Shown here: positions 19,815 through 31,115 of the stretch, one piece after another
Numbering within the stretch: the stretch's first letter is position 1
Layout: every line of letters begins with the position of its first letter
NCBI GenBank assembly: GCA_023334545.1
Contig: JAADVB010000202.1
Span: 1-36,230 of the forward strand
Length of the DNA: 36,230 bases
Reading direction: 5' to 3'
Source: Salisapilia sapeloensis CBS 127946
Taxonomy: Eukaryota > Protista > Oomycota
Translations under genes and position numbers: made by a program
Notes under the pieces: model-generated
What the model was told of the DNA's origin: nothing
Database searches by the model: none
What the model saw: only the letters and a program-made list of their open reading frames with translations

Positions 19815-22511
19815 ATGCTTCGACGACGAGGACTGGCAGCGTCGGCATGGACACGTCGGTCGCAGCACTTGTCGACATACGCTTCGGCTAGAGAGCTTCG
19901 GTCGAGCTTTTTGAACTATTTCGCACAGAGAGAGCATGAAGTGGTGCCCAGTGCGTCCTTGATCCCTCCGGCTGGCGACAGCTCGCTCTTGTTCACAAAT
20001 GCTGGCATGGTGCCATTCAAACAGGTATTCCAAGGAGCCGAGTCGCGGCCATATAATCGAGCTACATCTGCTCAGAGATGCGTGCGTGCTGGTGGGAAGC
20101 ATAACGATCTAGAACAGGTAGGCATCACACGCCGTCACCACACCTTGTTCGAGATGCTCGGCAGCTTTTCTTTCGGCGATTACTTCAAAGAGCAAGCGAT
20201 CCAGTACTCGTGGACGTTTCTTACCCAAGAGCTAGGATTGCCTGCAGACCGCATGCTAGTGACAGTGCTCGAGTCTGACAAAGAGGCCAGGGATTTGTGG
20301 AAGAAGATTGCCAATTTGCCAGACGACCGGATCCGGATGCTAGACGAAGGAGAGAACTTTTGGGCAATGGGCGACACTGGTCCTTGTGGTCCTTGCTCGG
20401 AGATCTTTTGGGACCTTGGCGACCATATTCAGGATCCAGAAGAACGCTATCTAGAGCTGTGGAACCTGGTCTTTATGCAGTTCAATCGCAGTGCCAAGGA
20501 CGCAGATTTGACCAACTTGCCTCGAAAAAGTGTAGATACAGGCATGGGTCTTGAGCGAGTAGCGTCTGTGCTACAGAATGTTCCTTCCAACTACCATACG
20601 GACGCGTTCGTGCCGTTGATGGAGCAAGTGGCTGCAACGCTGGACGTGCACTCGTCTTCGTCCATGTTTTCAGATGCGCTGTCGAGAGAGGTGAACCCTC
20701 AGAATCCAGAATTCGGTGACAGCAACGAGATTCGAGCGTTGCGTCTGACGGCAGACCACTTGCGAACGTCCTATGCGATGCTTCACGACGGCATCTTCCC
20801 GTCTAATGTCGGAAGAGGGTACGTGTTGCGACGTATCCTGCGACGGGTAATTCGTCATGCCCAAAGAGCAGGTGTGACTGGGCACGATTTTTTGTCGTCG
20901 ATCGAACTGCCCGAGTGGAGAGAACAGTACCAAGGGCTCTCTCAGATGCAAAACATCGTCCGAAACGAAGAACGCGCCTTCCACGAGATGCTCGCCAACG
21001 GTCAGAAAGCGATTGATAGAGCTTTTACTACTACTGTAGGCAACGTCCTGAGCGGACGAGAAGCATTCAAGTTGTACGACACATATGGCATTCCGCTGGA
21101 CTTGACACACCAGTTGGCGGAAGAGAAGGGGGTCCAAGTGGATGTAGAAGGCTTTGAAAAGTGCCTCGAAGAACACAAGAAGCTGGCGACGGAGCGGAGC
21201 GTCTTCTCATCTGCCACTGCTGACAGTTCGCACGGAATGGAAGTCGGCGTAGGAGAATTTATCGGATATGAGTCGCTTACTGTCAACGATGCGACCATTC
21301 TTGGATCGTGGAAGGACAAGAAAGAAGGCATCTGGGTCGTGTTGGACCGCTGCCCATTCTACCCCGAGGGCGGTGGACAGGTTGGTGATCGAGGAAGCCT
21401 CGTTGTCAAGGGCAGTGAAGACATAGTAAAGGTGGTGGACGCTCAAAAGCAGTCAAACGGAGCGATTGCCATTCGCTGCGTCGGAGCTGTTGATTCGATG
21501 CTGACGGAGGGAGCACAGGTGGATGCCAAGGTAGACCAAACGTTCCGAGATGGCTGCGCGAGGCATCACAGCGCAACGCATCTGCTCCAAGCGGCTCTAA
21601 AAAAAGTTTTGGGCGACCACGTAACTCAGAGCGGAAGCATGGTCTCGAACGACCGTCTGCGCTTCGACTTTGCGCATTTTGGAGCATTGACGACGGAAGA
21701 ATTGGCACTGGTGCAAGACACTGTGAATGACCTGGCCATGGCGTCCATCCCATGCAAGACGGAGGAGATGGCGAAAGACCAAGCGGAACAGAGCGGCGCC
21801 ATTTGCAACTTCGGAGATAAGTACGGAGACGTTGTTCGAGTGGTGAGCTTTGAAGGCAGCGAAGACTTGTCGTCGAAAGAGTTTTGCGGTGGCACGCACG
21901 TCGACAACACGTCGAGCGTCTTCCCGTTTGTGATCTTGAGTGAGGGGTCTGTGGCTGCCGGTATGCGACGCACGGAGGCGGTGGCTGGCATTGACGGTGC
22001 TAGATATTTACAAAAGCAGGAAAAAGTGCTGGAAGAGGTGGCTGGTCAGCTCGAGACGACAGTGGCCAAGGTGCCGGAGCGACTGTCGAAGCTCCAGAAG
22101 CAAATAAAGACTCAGGAAAAGCAGAGCCAGAGTCTTCGAGATACGTTGGCAAGACTTCCAAATGACCCCACCAAGACTGGGACACTGCAGTTGAAGGACA
22201 AGGGTGTCCAAGTGCAGCTGCACGTGATGGCGTTCGGAGGTGAAGAAGGAGTCTTTTCGCAAGTGGCAAGACAACGAGCAGAGTGGCTGGCGATCCAGGA
22301 GCCTTTCCACACTCATGTCGTCATGATCGGCAAGTTCGTCGCGTGTGCAGCTGGAGAAGAGTGTAGTGGAGGTCACGCTGGGCAAGTGCTGAAGGCTGTC
22401 GTCCAGAACGTGGGCGGGAGGGGTGGCGGCAATGCCAATTCCGCTCAAGGCTCTTTGCCGAAATCGATCTCAGACGTGGACCAAGACAAAGTGAAGAGTG
22501 TGCTAGCGTAG
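19815..22511 (+). CDS. AARS2: Alanyl-tRNA synthetase, bacterial-type, probably mitochondrial
   Basis: SLLFTNAGMVPFK, QRCVRAGGKHNDLEQVG, HHTLFEMLGSFSFGDYFK, DTGMGLER and GRGYVLRRILRR. Editing motifs HHSATHLL and CGGTH, and C-terminal GRGGG. The R/S-rich presequence MLRRRGLAASAWTRRSQHLST starts at ATG 19815. Confidence 0.93.
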   Translation: MLRRRGLAASAWTRRSQHLSTYASARELRSSFLNYFAQREHEVVPSASLIPPAGDSSLLFTNAGMVPFKQVFQGAESRPYNRATSAQRCVRAGGKHNDLEQVGITRRHHTLFEMLGSFSFGDYFKEQAIQYSWTFLTQELGLPADRMLVTVLESDKEARDLWKKIANLPDDRIRMLDEGENFWAMGDTGPCGPCSEIFWDLGDHIQDPEERYLELWNLVFMQFNRSAKDADLTNLPRKSVDTGMGLERVASVLQNVPSNYHTDAFVPLMEQVAATLDVHSSSSMFSDALSREVNPQNPEFGDSNEIRALRLTADHLRTSYAMLHDGIFPSNVGRGYVLRRILRRVIRHAQRAGVTGHDFLSSIELPEWREQYQGLSQMQNIVRNEERAFHEMLANGQKAIDRAFTTTVGNVLSGREAFKLYDTYGIPLDLTHQLAEEKGVQVDVEGFEKCLEEHKKLATERSVFSSATADSSHGMEVGVGEFIGYESLTVNDATILGSWKDKKEGIWVVLDRCPFYPEGGGQVGDRGSLVVKGSEDIVKVVDAQKQSNGAIAIRCVGAVDSMLTEGAQVDAKVDQTFRDGCARHHSATHLLQAALKKVLGDHVTQSGSMVSNDRLRFDFAHFGALTTEELALVQDTVNDLAMASIPCKTEEMAKDQAEQSGAICNFGDKYGDVVRVVSFEGSEDLSSKEFCGGTHVDNTSSVFPFVILSEGSVAAGMRRTEAVAGIDGARYLQKQEKVLEEVAGQLETTVAKVPERLSKLQKQIKTQEKQSQSLRDTLARLPNDPTKTGTLQLKDKGVQVQLHVMAFGGEEGVFSQVARQRAEWLAIQEPFHTHVVMIGKFVACAAGEECSGGHAGQVLKAVVQNVGGRGGGNANSAQGSLPKSISDVDQDKVKSVLA

Positions 22512-22631
22512 GAGTGAAAGGATAGAAGCGTGAATAGACTGGTCTTCCTAGATTGTAGTTGGGCTCTAGCTTGTGGACAAATCGTACTTGATCGGAATTG
22601 ACACCAACGAATACAAACCGCAGTAGACGGC

Positions 22632-24436
22632 ATGGCGGACGCTAGGCGGCAGTACGACCAGGAGCAGGCAGTCAGATCTTTGAGGTCTGCCGTGGCAGAT
22701 TGCAGACGTCGAGGACTTAAAGATGGTGCAAAGTTTGCCTCAGACCTCTTGCTGGGCATCCCACAGGCGGTACGAGATCAGATGCCTCCAACTGCTGCAT
22801 GTGAAGATACACCGGAACGGACGTCGGCGGATGACTTGGACCGGTTTGAAGCTGCCAAGACGTATTTTGACAATGCAGAGTACCTGAGAGCGCACCATGT
22901 GCTAGTCAATCCTGCTCCAGAAGCTAAGTTATCGCAGTTCCTCAAGCACTATGCGCTGTATTTGGTATCTCCTACTCTTAGCTGTGCACCTTGTCCTCTC
23001 TTGCTCAGTGTTATACAACTGTTGACCTCTAGGCCGGTGAGAAAGTCAAAGATGAGACTGGAATCGAGCACCAAAATGGTTCTGCGGCATCTATCTCTCT
23101 AGCCACATCGACGAATGAGAACCCATATTTATCGCAGATCCAGTCTTCCCTTAATGAACTTTACGAGAGCCAACACCTGGACTCCTTTCAGCTTTACCTG
23201 CTTGCAGTCGTAACGAAACAGTCTCGGATCGAACCATCCAGTTCTTCTGTGGGTGACACGACGGCGGGCTTACCTGCTCCGAAAGTTGCTGCCAAAAAAC
23301 TGCTTGTAGAGTCGGTGATGAAGAACCCTTACAACTGGTCCGCCTGGACGGAATTGTTTAGCCTCAACCTTCCGACTGAAGAAGAAGAACTAGTCTTGAA
23401 CGAGTCGTGCGGATGGATGCTGAAGCTCTATCAAGCGCATCGACTGGTGGAGTGTCAGGAATTGGAGCAGGCAAAGGTGCTCTTGGACTACTTGTCAACG
23501 CTATTTCCAGACAGCTCGTACATTGCTAGTCAGCATGCGCTCGTGAGCTACAACAGTCGGGAGTTTGAGGTGGCTCAGCGTCAGTTTGCAGCGATCCGGG
23601 AGAAAGATCCATATCGTCTAGAGCAAGCAGATGCATACTCGAACGTTCTGTACGTCCGTGGTGAAAGTCAGAGCTTGAGCAAACTGGCACATCAGATGCT
23701 TCGTGTGGAAAAGTACTCTCCCGAGACTTGCTGTGTCATCGGAAACTACTACTCGCTGAAAGGCAAACGCGACAAGGCGCTGCTGTACTTCCATCGGTCA
23801 CTCAAGCTGGATCCGTACTTCCTCCCAGCATGGACTTTGATGGGGCATGAGTACGTCGAGCTCAAGAACACGAGTGCAGCAGTGGATGCGTATCGTCACG
23901 CAGTCGATCTGAACGACCGGGACCACCGGGCCTGGCATGGACTTGGGCAGGTGTATGAGATATTAAACATGCACCTCTACGCCATGTACTACTACCGCAA
24001 GGCAGCGAACCTTCGACCGAAAGACGCCAGGATGTGGTGTGCGCTTGGCTCGTGTCTGGACAAACTCGGTAAGAGTGAGGAAGCCATCTCGTACTTTAAG
24101 CAGGCCATCGAATGCGGAGATCCAGAAGGCATTGCGTACCACGCAGTGGCGACAGTGCTGGCAAAGAAGGGCGAGCGACATGAGGCGGCCAAGTACTACT
24201 TGCTTCAGCTCGGCTTAGAGGAGGGAGGAGCAGTGGACGTGGTGGCGGAGCGACCGCAGCAGCTAGCTGCCATGCTCTTCCTCGGTAAATACTATTCCAA
24301 CGAAGGCAAGGAGGAACAGGCGATAGCATTCTGCACGAAGCTGCAAGAGTTTCCAGGTCGCGAGCAGGAGGAGGCAAATGCTGAGCTTCGAAAGCTGCGA
24401 GCGAATGGGAAGGCGAGACGAAAATTGGCTTTTTAA
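22632..24436 (+). CDS. CDC23: Anaphase-promoting complex subunit 8 (TPR); exons 22632-22964 and 23033-24436
   Basis: A 68-nt intron (22965-23032) restores the YL-AGEK motif. Also has CRRRGL, AAKTYFDNAEYLRA, NPYNWSAWTEL, DPYRLE, ETCCVIGNYYSL and AWTLMGHEYVELKN. Confidence 0.93.
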
Positions 24437-24657
24437 TATAATGTTCCGGTCGCGCATGGAACGTCGATCAGTACATCCCCGTACTCGCTTTCGTTCGTTG
24501 CATGCTTCTAGATGAGTAATGATACCGTATGGCTAGTACTTGAGCCGTTTATTAGGGATCGTAGAAGAGGCGATGATATGGATCGTAGCAGTCGCAAGAG
24601 GCGGACTCAGGCGTCGGCTCACGTCCGCAAGTACTATAGGCGCATGCAAAGACGACA

Positions 24658-27600
24658 ATGCCATTTTCAAAGTGGGAGGATCACGTTCACGATGGCGAAA
24701 GCGTAGATAGACTTCTTGCAGACTTTTGGAAGAGAAATACTCATCTGCTGGAGGGTGAGCTCCAGAAAGAGCACCCTGAGTTTGTAAATGATCTCTTTAT
24801 GTGCTTTCAAAAGACGAGTGCGACAGCAGCTGATCAGTCGTCCTCGGTGTACTGCAAGGAAAGCAGGGAGGAGAAGGATGAAGAGAAGAAAGCTAAAAAG
24901 CTGAAAGACTGTACATACGATGCGGGAGAAGAGGAGCTTGAAAGATTGAGAACAAAGAGTATTCAGCAGAGGCATCAGTTGGAAGAGCTCTTTGCTCGAA
25001 TAGAACAACACAAGTGTGATTGTGTCGCGGATGACGTTCGCAGCTGGGTTTCCACTGCTCCAAGCAGCACTGTGCAGTCTGCTACGACACAGACGTACGC
25101 ATCGGACGTACAGAATGGAAAAGTGGTGAACCAATGCTCAGCTACTGCATCCAGTGATAACGTACAAGGCCTGGAGGCGTTTACTGATGTCTTTGAGAAC
25201 CTCCAACAGAGAATTGCGGATCTCAACAAGATGTCTATTACTCCGACTAAATCATCCTCCGACATCCACCCTGCGTGCTGGAACGAGGCAGGGAGTGACA
25301 TTACTGAAACGGTCGCTATCCATAAAACGGCTTCGAATTTGTTGAATGATACCAACTTTGCAACGGACAGTGGATTCGCTCTCCGATACCTGTGTGATAT
25401 GCCAGCTACTGATGGAAATCGAGCGTCTGCCAAGGTAAGTTCGAATAAGCGTAATGAAGTCGTATGCATGTTCATGCTGTCAGAATAGGAACCACGGACC
25501 ATTGCGAAAGCTCTGAAGAAAACAATGGCCAGAGTGCAAGAGCTGACAAGAGCTAATGATGCTCTCACGCGGCAGCTGGAGGAAGAAAACTCCAAGCAAA
25601 TTGCAGCAGCCACACATCGAGTGGAAAGCGAATTAGGAGAGGCCAGGAACCAGTTAAAAGATGTGAAGCAAAGTCTTACGAAGCGGGAGAATGAAAACTT
25701 GGAGCTCATCCACACCTTTTATGACTTGAAGAAGGAGTTGTCAGAAGCTCAGTGCGATAACGGCCGGTTGCAAGTGCAGCTCAAGGCAGCACAGGACGAG
25801 CAATTTGAGGCGTTGGCTGCGTTGGAGAAGCGCCATGCAGTCCAACTGCGTCAGTGCTCAGAGGAAGCTAACGCAAAAGTAGCTAATATGGAGAATGAAA
25901 AGGGGGAACTTATGCAGGAAAAGTCTCGTCTCGAGAGCAAATTGGAGTCAATGGCAAAGGACGAGGAAGAGGGGGAACTCGCACGAGCCAAAGTCCAACG
26001 ATATGCCGACCAAGGTGTTATGACAGAGACAGAGGCTGGCTCAAATGAGCTTGAGAGTCTAGTGGAGGATCTGCAGCGTCAGCTTTATGAAGCACTTTGG
26101 CGGCTGGACGAAATGGAGGAAGATCGAAAGATAGAGGAATCGAAATGCGGAGCAAGTCAAGCTACGGATGACAGGCACAAGTTAAAGGAGCTTGCAGAGC
26201 AACTCGAATCCCAGTACAAAGCTTTAAAGGAAGAGTTTGAGCATTATCGACAAGTTTGCAACGAGACGCAGCAGCAGGCAAATAAGCGGATCGCTTTCTT
26301 GGTCTCTTGTGTGGAAGAAAGCGCCTCACTTGTCGACAAGCCCAATCCGAGTTCGAAGAAGCAGAGCGTGGTAACACCACAAACGATCCATGACACTGTC
26401 CTTCGGCTTTCAGAAGAAGTGGCATTGTACAGTCAGCTATATCCGTCACAACAGGAATGTGTTCGAGTTATTAATAAGAGCCAAAGTGGTAGAAGGCCTC
26501 GTACGATGGTTTCCGTAAAGCCATTTCCTCCAGCATTCACTAGTAATGTGGCAGAAGTAAATCCAAGCCAGGTTTCTAATCCACCGCATACTGTTTTAAC
26601 TGACGAAGAGAAAGAAGATTGTGCGTACGTGGAAATGGAGCACACTTTGGATTTGTGGCGAACTCATGCCGCAGCGCTCGAGCAGAGTATGTGTCAAGCT
26701 GTCTTGAGAAATGAGACGCTGGAAGAAGTTCACCAGCAATCCCAAGCACAAATGAAGGAAATGCGTCAGGAGCTGAAGCATCGGCTGAACGCGCAGAGTC
26801 AAATGACCGAGGCGAATGCTCGACTGGAAGGCGAAGTAGAGGCTCTTCAGCAGCAAGTTAAGTCGACTAGTGTTCGACATTCCGAGCACACAGAGGAGCT
26901 GTATCAACTAAGGTCGCAACTCCATCAGCTAAATTTGGAAGCAGGGCGTTTGCGAGCGAGCGTCGGACGAAAGGACACTCTGCTTTCAACGTTGAGGTCG
27001 AAGAAGGAGGCATTAGAGAAGGAAGTGGATGGCTTCAAGCAGACATCAGACAAGAAAAGTGAGCTGGAGAAGAAGGCGTCTGTGGCACAGCAGCGTTATA
27101 AGGAACAGCTACGAGAGTTCCAGGAGAAGAAAAGGGACTGGAGTCGTCAAGAGGAAGAGCACTCTCGAGTGAAAAAGGAGTTGGTGGAAGCAAAAGAGGA
27201 CGTCAAGATAGGGCAGAACCGCTTGGCGAGTGTGAAACGGGACAATGCTCGCTTACGGTCTCAGATAAAACATTTAAAAGGAATGCAGGACTTTTCCTCA
27301 GCGACGACCAAGTGTGACCGTTGTGAGGATCGAGAGAAAGAAGAGGGTGAAGTCCAGGCTTTAAAGAGACGAATTCTTCAAAAGCAAAAAGTTGTTTCGA
27401 CGTACAGGACCAAAGTGGAGGACCTGGAGCAACGTCTGGAGAAGCAGAGCAGTCACATTGAAGAGCTAAAAAGCTCTTTGTCGTCAGAAAAGAAGAGATC
27501 GGGTCAGACACAACGGTCTATGGAAACGAAGCTCGAAAGTGTAAAGCAAGTACGACAGGATGCGCTATCAGAGGCAACGTATCGTCTGGACGGACTCCGA

Positions 27601-27936
27601 GCGTCCGTGTACGATTCGTTCGAGGTGTATGTGCATTGCACCGGCGACAACTGTGGTCAAACTGTGTCAGATTGTGGATCCTTCTCTTCCTTCCAACAAA
27701 ACCCATTGGAGCATAGTGGTTTGGAGGAGCTGAGTCGATGGACAGAGCTTTCCTTGGACGACTTGACTCAGTTACAGGATAGTACGTCTAAAAGTCAGAG
27801 GAAAGAAGGTAGGGAGATGAGGGGACGCAAAGCATTGAAGCAGCTCGAGGCAGCTCTGGAGTCATCACCAGAAGACTGTCGGAGGGAGATCTGCCATTTA
27901 CTGGGTATCCTGAGCAATAGCGTCGAAGTAGCATAG
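24658..27936 (+). CDS. Long coiled-coil protein (possibly centrosomal or cytoskeletal); exons 24658-25434 and 25489-27936
   Basis: GTAAGT intron 25435-25488 (54 nt, phase 0) joins the 276-aa and 803-aa ORFs in frame. Heptad-rich E/Q/K/L composition; no family motif recognised and the start codon is uncertain. Confidence 0.7.
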
Positions 27937-28005
27937 GTTGTCAGCAGCAACGAATCGCAAGTGCTCCATTTATTCTCTCTTTATACAAAGTTGGTCCATT
28001 GATTC

Positions 28006-28884
28006 TTACACATGCATCAAATTGTCCTCTGGTGAGTTGCTGCCAGGACGCTTGTAGCACTGCGGAGAACCGTTCTTTTGGTGGTTATTAGCAGTCGCTT
28101 GGAGGATGGGGCTGAGAGCTCCGCCCGTAGACTCTACAGACGACAAGGAGATAGACGATAAGGGGGGAGTTCTTCCACCACTCAGGAGCATGTGACTTGG
28201 CGAGCCAGCTTCGTCCGGTAGCTGCCCCCACTGGAACTTGCTGACCTCATGCTCCGCTCTGAATATACAGTAGATTCGATATATAACGCAGCTGAGGACG
28301 ATGCAGCCCATGAGCATCGTGTACAAAAAGGTCGGCCAGAGGATCGCAGGTCGAAACCGCTCGTTCGGGTCCTCATCATCGTATGCAGTCGCAGGCGTGG
28401 TCTGAGCCTTAACAGCCTGTTTCTCCAGCTCTTGCTCTAACAAATGAATGGTTTCCAGTCGACTTTCAGCGATTCGTGTCATGTTTTCGACCTGAAATTG
28501 TGTTTTGCGGAGAGACTCTTTCAAGTCATTCCGTTCCTGGTTTAGTGATTCGATCTGTGGATCCAGTAGCTGGCGCAGGGAGAAAGCGCCGATGATCACG
28601 ATGACGGCGAGCGCGAGGCAGATTAGAAGCGCTTTCTTCATACCTTGCATGCCACCTGTGAGCATCGTCGAGCTGCTCACGTGCGTTCGTACGAAGCGGG
28701 AGACGAGTGTGAACGGTCGACGCCAGCCGCAGCGAGCCTTGGAGAGGTCCGGCGGGGAGCTCGCGACGCCGTTTACGTTGGGCGATATATCGGGGGAGGA
28801 TGCCGTGGTGCTTGGGGTAGAGGTGAAGAGTGGGTTGGATTCGTCGGACGTAACGATGTCCACGACAGAAATAGGCTGCGTCAT
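28006..28884 (-). CDS. Hypothetical membrane protein, two TM helices flanking a coiled coil
   Basis: 292 aa ORF with hydrophobic ALLICLALAVIVIIGAFSL and ILWPTFLYTMLMGCIVLSCVIY separated by a heptad-like segment. Confidence 0.65.
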   Translation of the reverse strand: MTQPISVVDIVTSDESNPLFTSTPSTTASSPDISPNVNGVASSPPDLSKARCGWRRPFTLVSRFVRTHVSSSTMLTGGMQGMKKALLICLALAVIVIIGAFSLRQLLDPQIESLNQERNDLKESLRKTQFQVENMTRIAESRLETIHLLEQELEKQAVKAQTTPATAYDDEDPNERFRPAILWPTFLYTMLMGCIVLSCVIYRIYCIFRAEHEVSKFQWGQLPDEAGSPSHMLLSGGRTPPLSSISLSSVESTGGALSPILQATANNHQKNGSPQCYKRPGSNSPEDNLMHV

Positions 28885-29201
28885 CCCGTCCTCTTATCGG
28901 GAAATGGATGTTCGTTTGTTGCTAAGCTGTTCGAACCTTGAAAGTGTTAGGAACCCGAAAAGCACAAGTGTCCTACGCGAGGGAAGCATAGGCGGTACTC
29001 ATCCATTATTGGACGGTAGAGACGGTGGACAATTGTGACCGGCAGTAAGTGCAGAAATCAATAAAAAGTCGGAACGCGGTCGTATTTCTACCGTCCCTCG
29101 ACTACGTACCACGTTTCCGCTCTTGTGTGTATTGGATTTAAGATAGAAAGAAAGGATCGAATAAAATGATGAAGTACATTAGGCCGAGCATCATTGTGAT
29201 A

Positions 29202-29537
29202 CTACTTTTTCTCCTTGCTTGCATTGGCTTCGTTCATCCACTTTTCTCGCGTCTTTTGAACCTCTGCCTCCACTTCGCTTTCACTCATGCCCTGATCTTC
29301 TAGGTCCATGGCCAGTTCTGCCAGCTTCACCTCCATCTTGCGCTTCTCTTCATGCAAAAGAATGTCTGGATTGACCGAGTACGACGGCGTTTCTCGGCTG
29401 GACGTGTGATGGCGCGACGGGTGGGTCTGCGAGTGTCGCTGTCTAGCCCTGTCTTTGTCGACGTGGCTCAAGTTCTTTTGCACGTATCCGTTCGTGCCGG
29501 ACCCTCGCACCGTTCGCAATCCAATGCCGTTGTACAT
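29202..29537 (-). CDS. CWC21: Pre-mRNA splicing factor Cwc21 / SRRM2 N-terminal domain protein
   Basis: Starts MYNGIGLRTVRGSGTNGYVQKNL and has the cwf21 domain ILLHEEKRKMEVKL...EVEAEVQKTREK. Confidence 0.92.
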   Translation of the reverse strand: MYNGIGLRTVRGSGTNGYVQKNLSHVDKDRARQRHSQTHPSRHHTSSRETPSYSVNPDILLHEEKRKMEVKLAELAMDLEDQGMSESEVEAEVQKTREKWMNEANASKEKK

Positions 29538-29681
29538 GCTCTTCGTGCTTCTGCTCTTCGGACCAAGTCAACTGGTGTTGAGACGGACTGGAGGTGCCTT
29601 AATTTAAACCAATGGAAATGTATGGAGGGACATCTGGAAACACGAAGAGCAGACACGGGAATCGGCACCGCCTCGGTCAAG

Positions 29682-31005
29682 ATGCTGACGCTGCAGATCG
29701 GCCAGTGTGGCAATCAGCTTGGGCAAGCACTGTTTAACAAATTAGATCGGGAGGAGGATCCGAATAATGCGTCCATTTTCTTTCGCAGACACTCGGATGG
29801 TACGAAGTTGGCAAGAGCTGTGCTCGTGGATACCGAGCCAAAGGTTATTCAGAAGAGCTTATCACACGACACGCGTGCGACGTGGAGGTACGACTATTCA
29901 AATACTTTGGTACAGCAAGGTGGGTCTGGCAACAACTGGGCAATGGGGTATGAGGTCCATGGTCCTAAGATGAAGTCTGCGTCCATGGATCTCGTCCGAA
30001 AGGAGATGGAGCGAACGGATCGAGTATCCGGTTTTCTCGCTCTGCAAAGTGTCGCTGGCGGGACAGGATCTGGACTTGGGTCTTATTTGACGAAAGAGCT
30101 TGCAGAAGAGTTTCCTCGAATACCACTACTGAATGCTGTCGTGTGGCCCCATGCGACGGGAGAAGTGATTGTCCAGAACTACAATGCTGTTCTGACAATG
30201 GCATCGCTAGTGAAAGCAGCCAACGGAATTGTGATACTCCAGAATGACCACGCGTACGAGATCTGCAAGCGACTGTTACGTGTGAAGAGACCGTCGTTTG
30301 AGCATATGAATCAGGTACTAGCGACTCATCTCTCGTCCGTGTTGCTTCCGTCGTCGTGTGAAGACTTGTTCGGAAGGTTGCGAAGAGAAGATCCCATTTC
30401 TACAATCGCGCAGCACTTGTGTCACCATCCTGTGAGTTCAATTGGTCGTACAAGTGGGTCTTACAAACTAAAATATATGATAGGGCTTCAAATTACTAGA
30501 CATTAAGACCGTTCCGTTAATGCCAGAGCAGTCGAAAGAGTACTCAACTCACTCTTGGAGCGGTATCTTAAAACATTTGCATCAGATGCAGGTAACAGAC
30601 GCGGCGTATGAAGGTGCTGTGAATTGGGAGGTGTCGCGTCAGACCTCTGTCGGTCGACCGATGAACAAGAGTATTGCCAATGTCCTGTACTTGCGTGGGC
30701 GAGATGGCAAAAGCGCCGACGTCGGAGCATTCGAAGAGCCATCCATGTACGTTCCATGGAACGTGGACCCACTTAAACGCTGTCTGTCGTCCAGCACCTT
30801 TTCCAACTACGACAAGAGTGCGACGTTACTAAGCAACTCCAAGGCGGCCATGTCGACACTAACGACAGCGACGGACAAGGCGTATGAAATGTACTCTAGT
30901 GGCGCATATGTCCATCAGTACGCTCGCCATGGCGTCGACGGTGGGTTTTTCCAACAGAGTTTCCTTCGCGTTGACCAGGTCGTGCAGAGTTACCGATCGC
31001 TGTAA
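29682..31005 (+). CDS. TUBD1: Delta-tubulin; exons 29682-30431 and 30484-31005
   Basis: LQIGQCGNQLG, ARAVLVDTEPKVI, GGSGNNWAMGY and SVAGGTGSGLGS. A 52-nt intron (30432-30483) restores HP-GFKLLDIKTVPLMP. The C-terminus AYEMYSSGAYVHQYARHG...VVQSYRSL fits the delta subfamily. An alternative start lies at 29622. Confidence 0.9.
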
Positions 31006-31115
31006 TGCCATCTGTCGGAACGTCAATCGTACCATTATTGTTCCGTTTGTGACTTGCAAGTTGGTTAGGGGTCTCGCAAAGCGTCGACTGGCTTTAGCTG
31101 GAGTCGTCAAACGAC

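Noticed and set aside
19749-19816. Apparent overlap of the AlaRS ORF (from 19749) with the CXC ORF (to 19816)
   Set aside because: More plausible downstream ATGs (19815 for AlaRS; 19675 or 19642 for CXC) remove the overlap.
24658-27936. Possible centlein or other named centrosomal ortholog
   Set aside because: Only generic coiled-coil similarity; no diagnostic motif was recognised.
29352-29681. N-terminal extension of delta-tubulin overlapping CWC21
   Set aside because: It is the antisense of CWC21 plus the spacer; the tubulin fold starts at MLTLQIGQCGNQ (29682).
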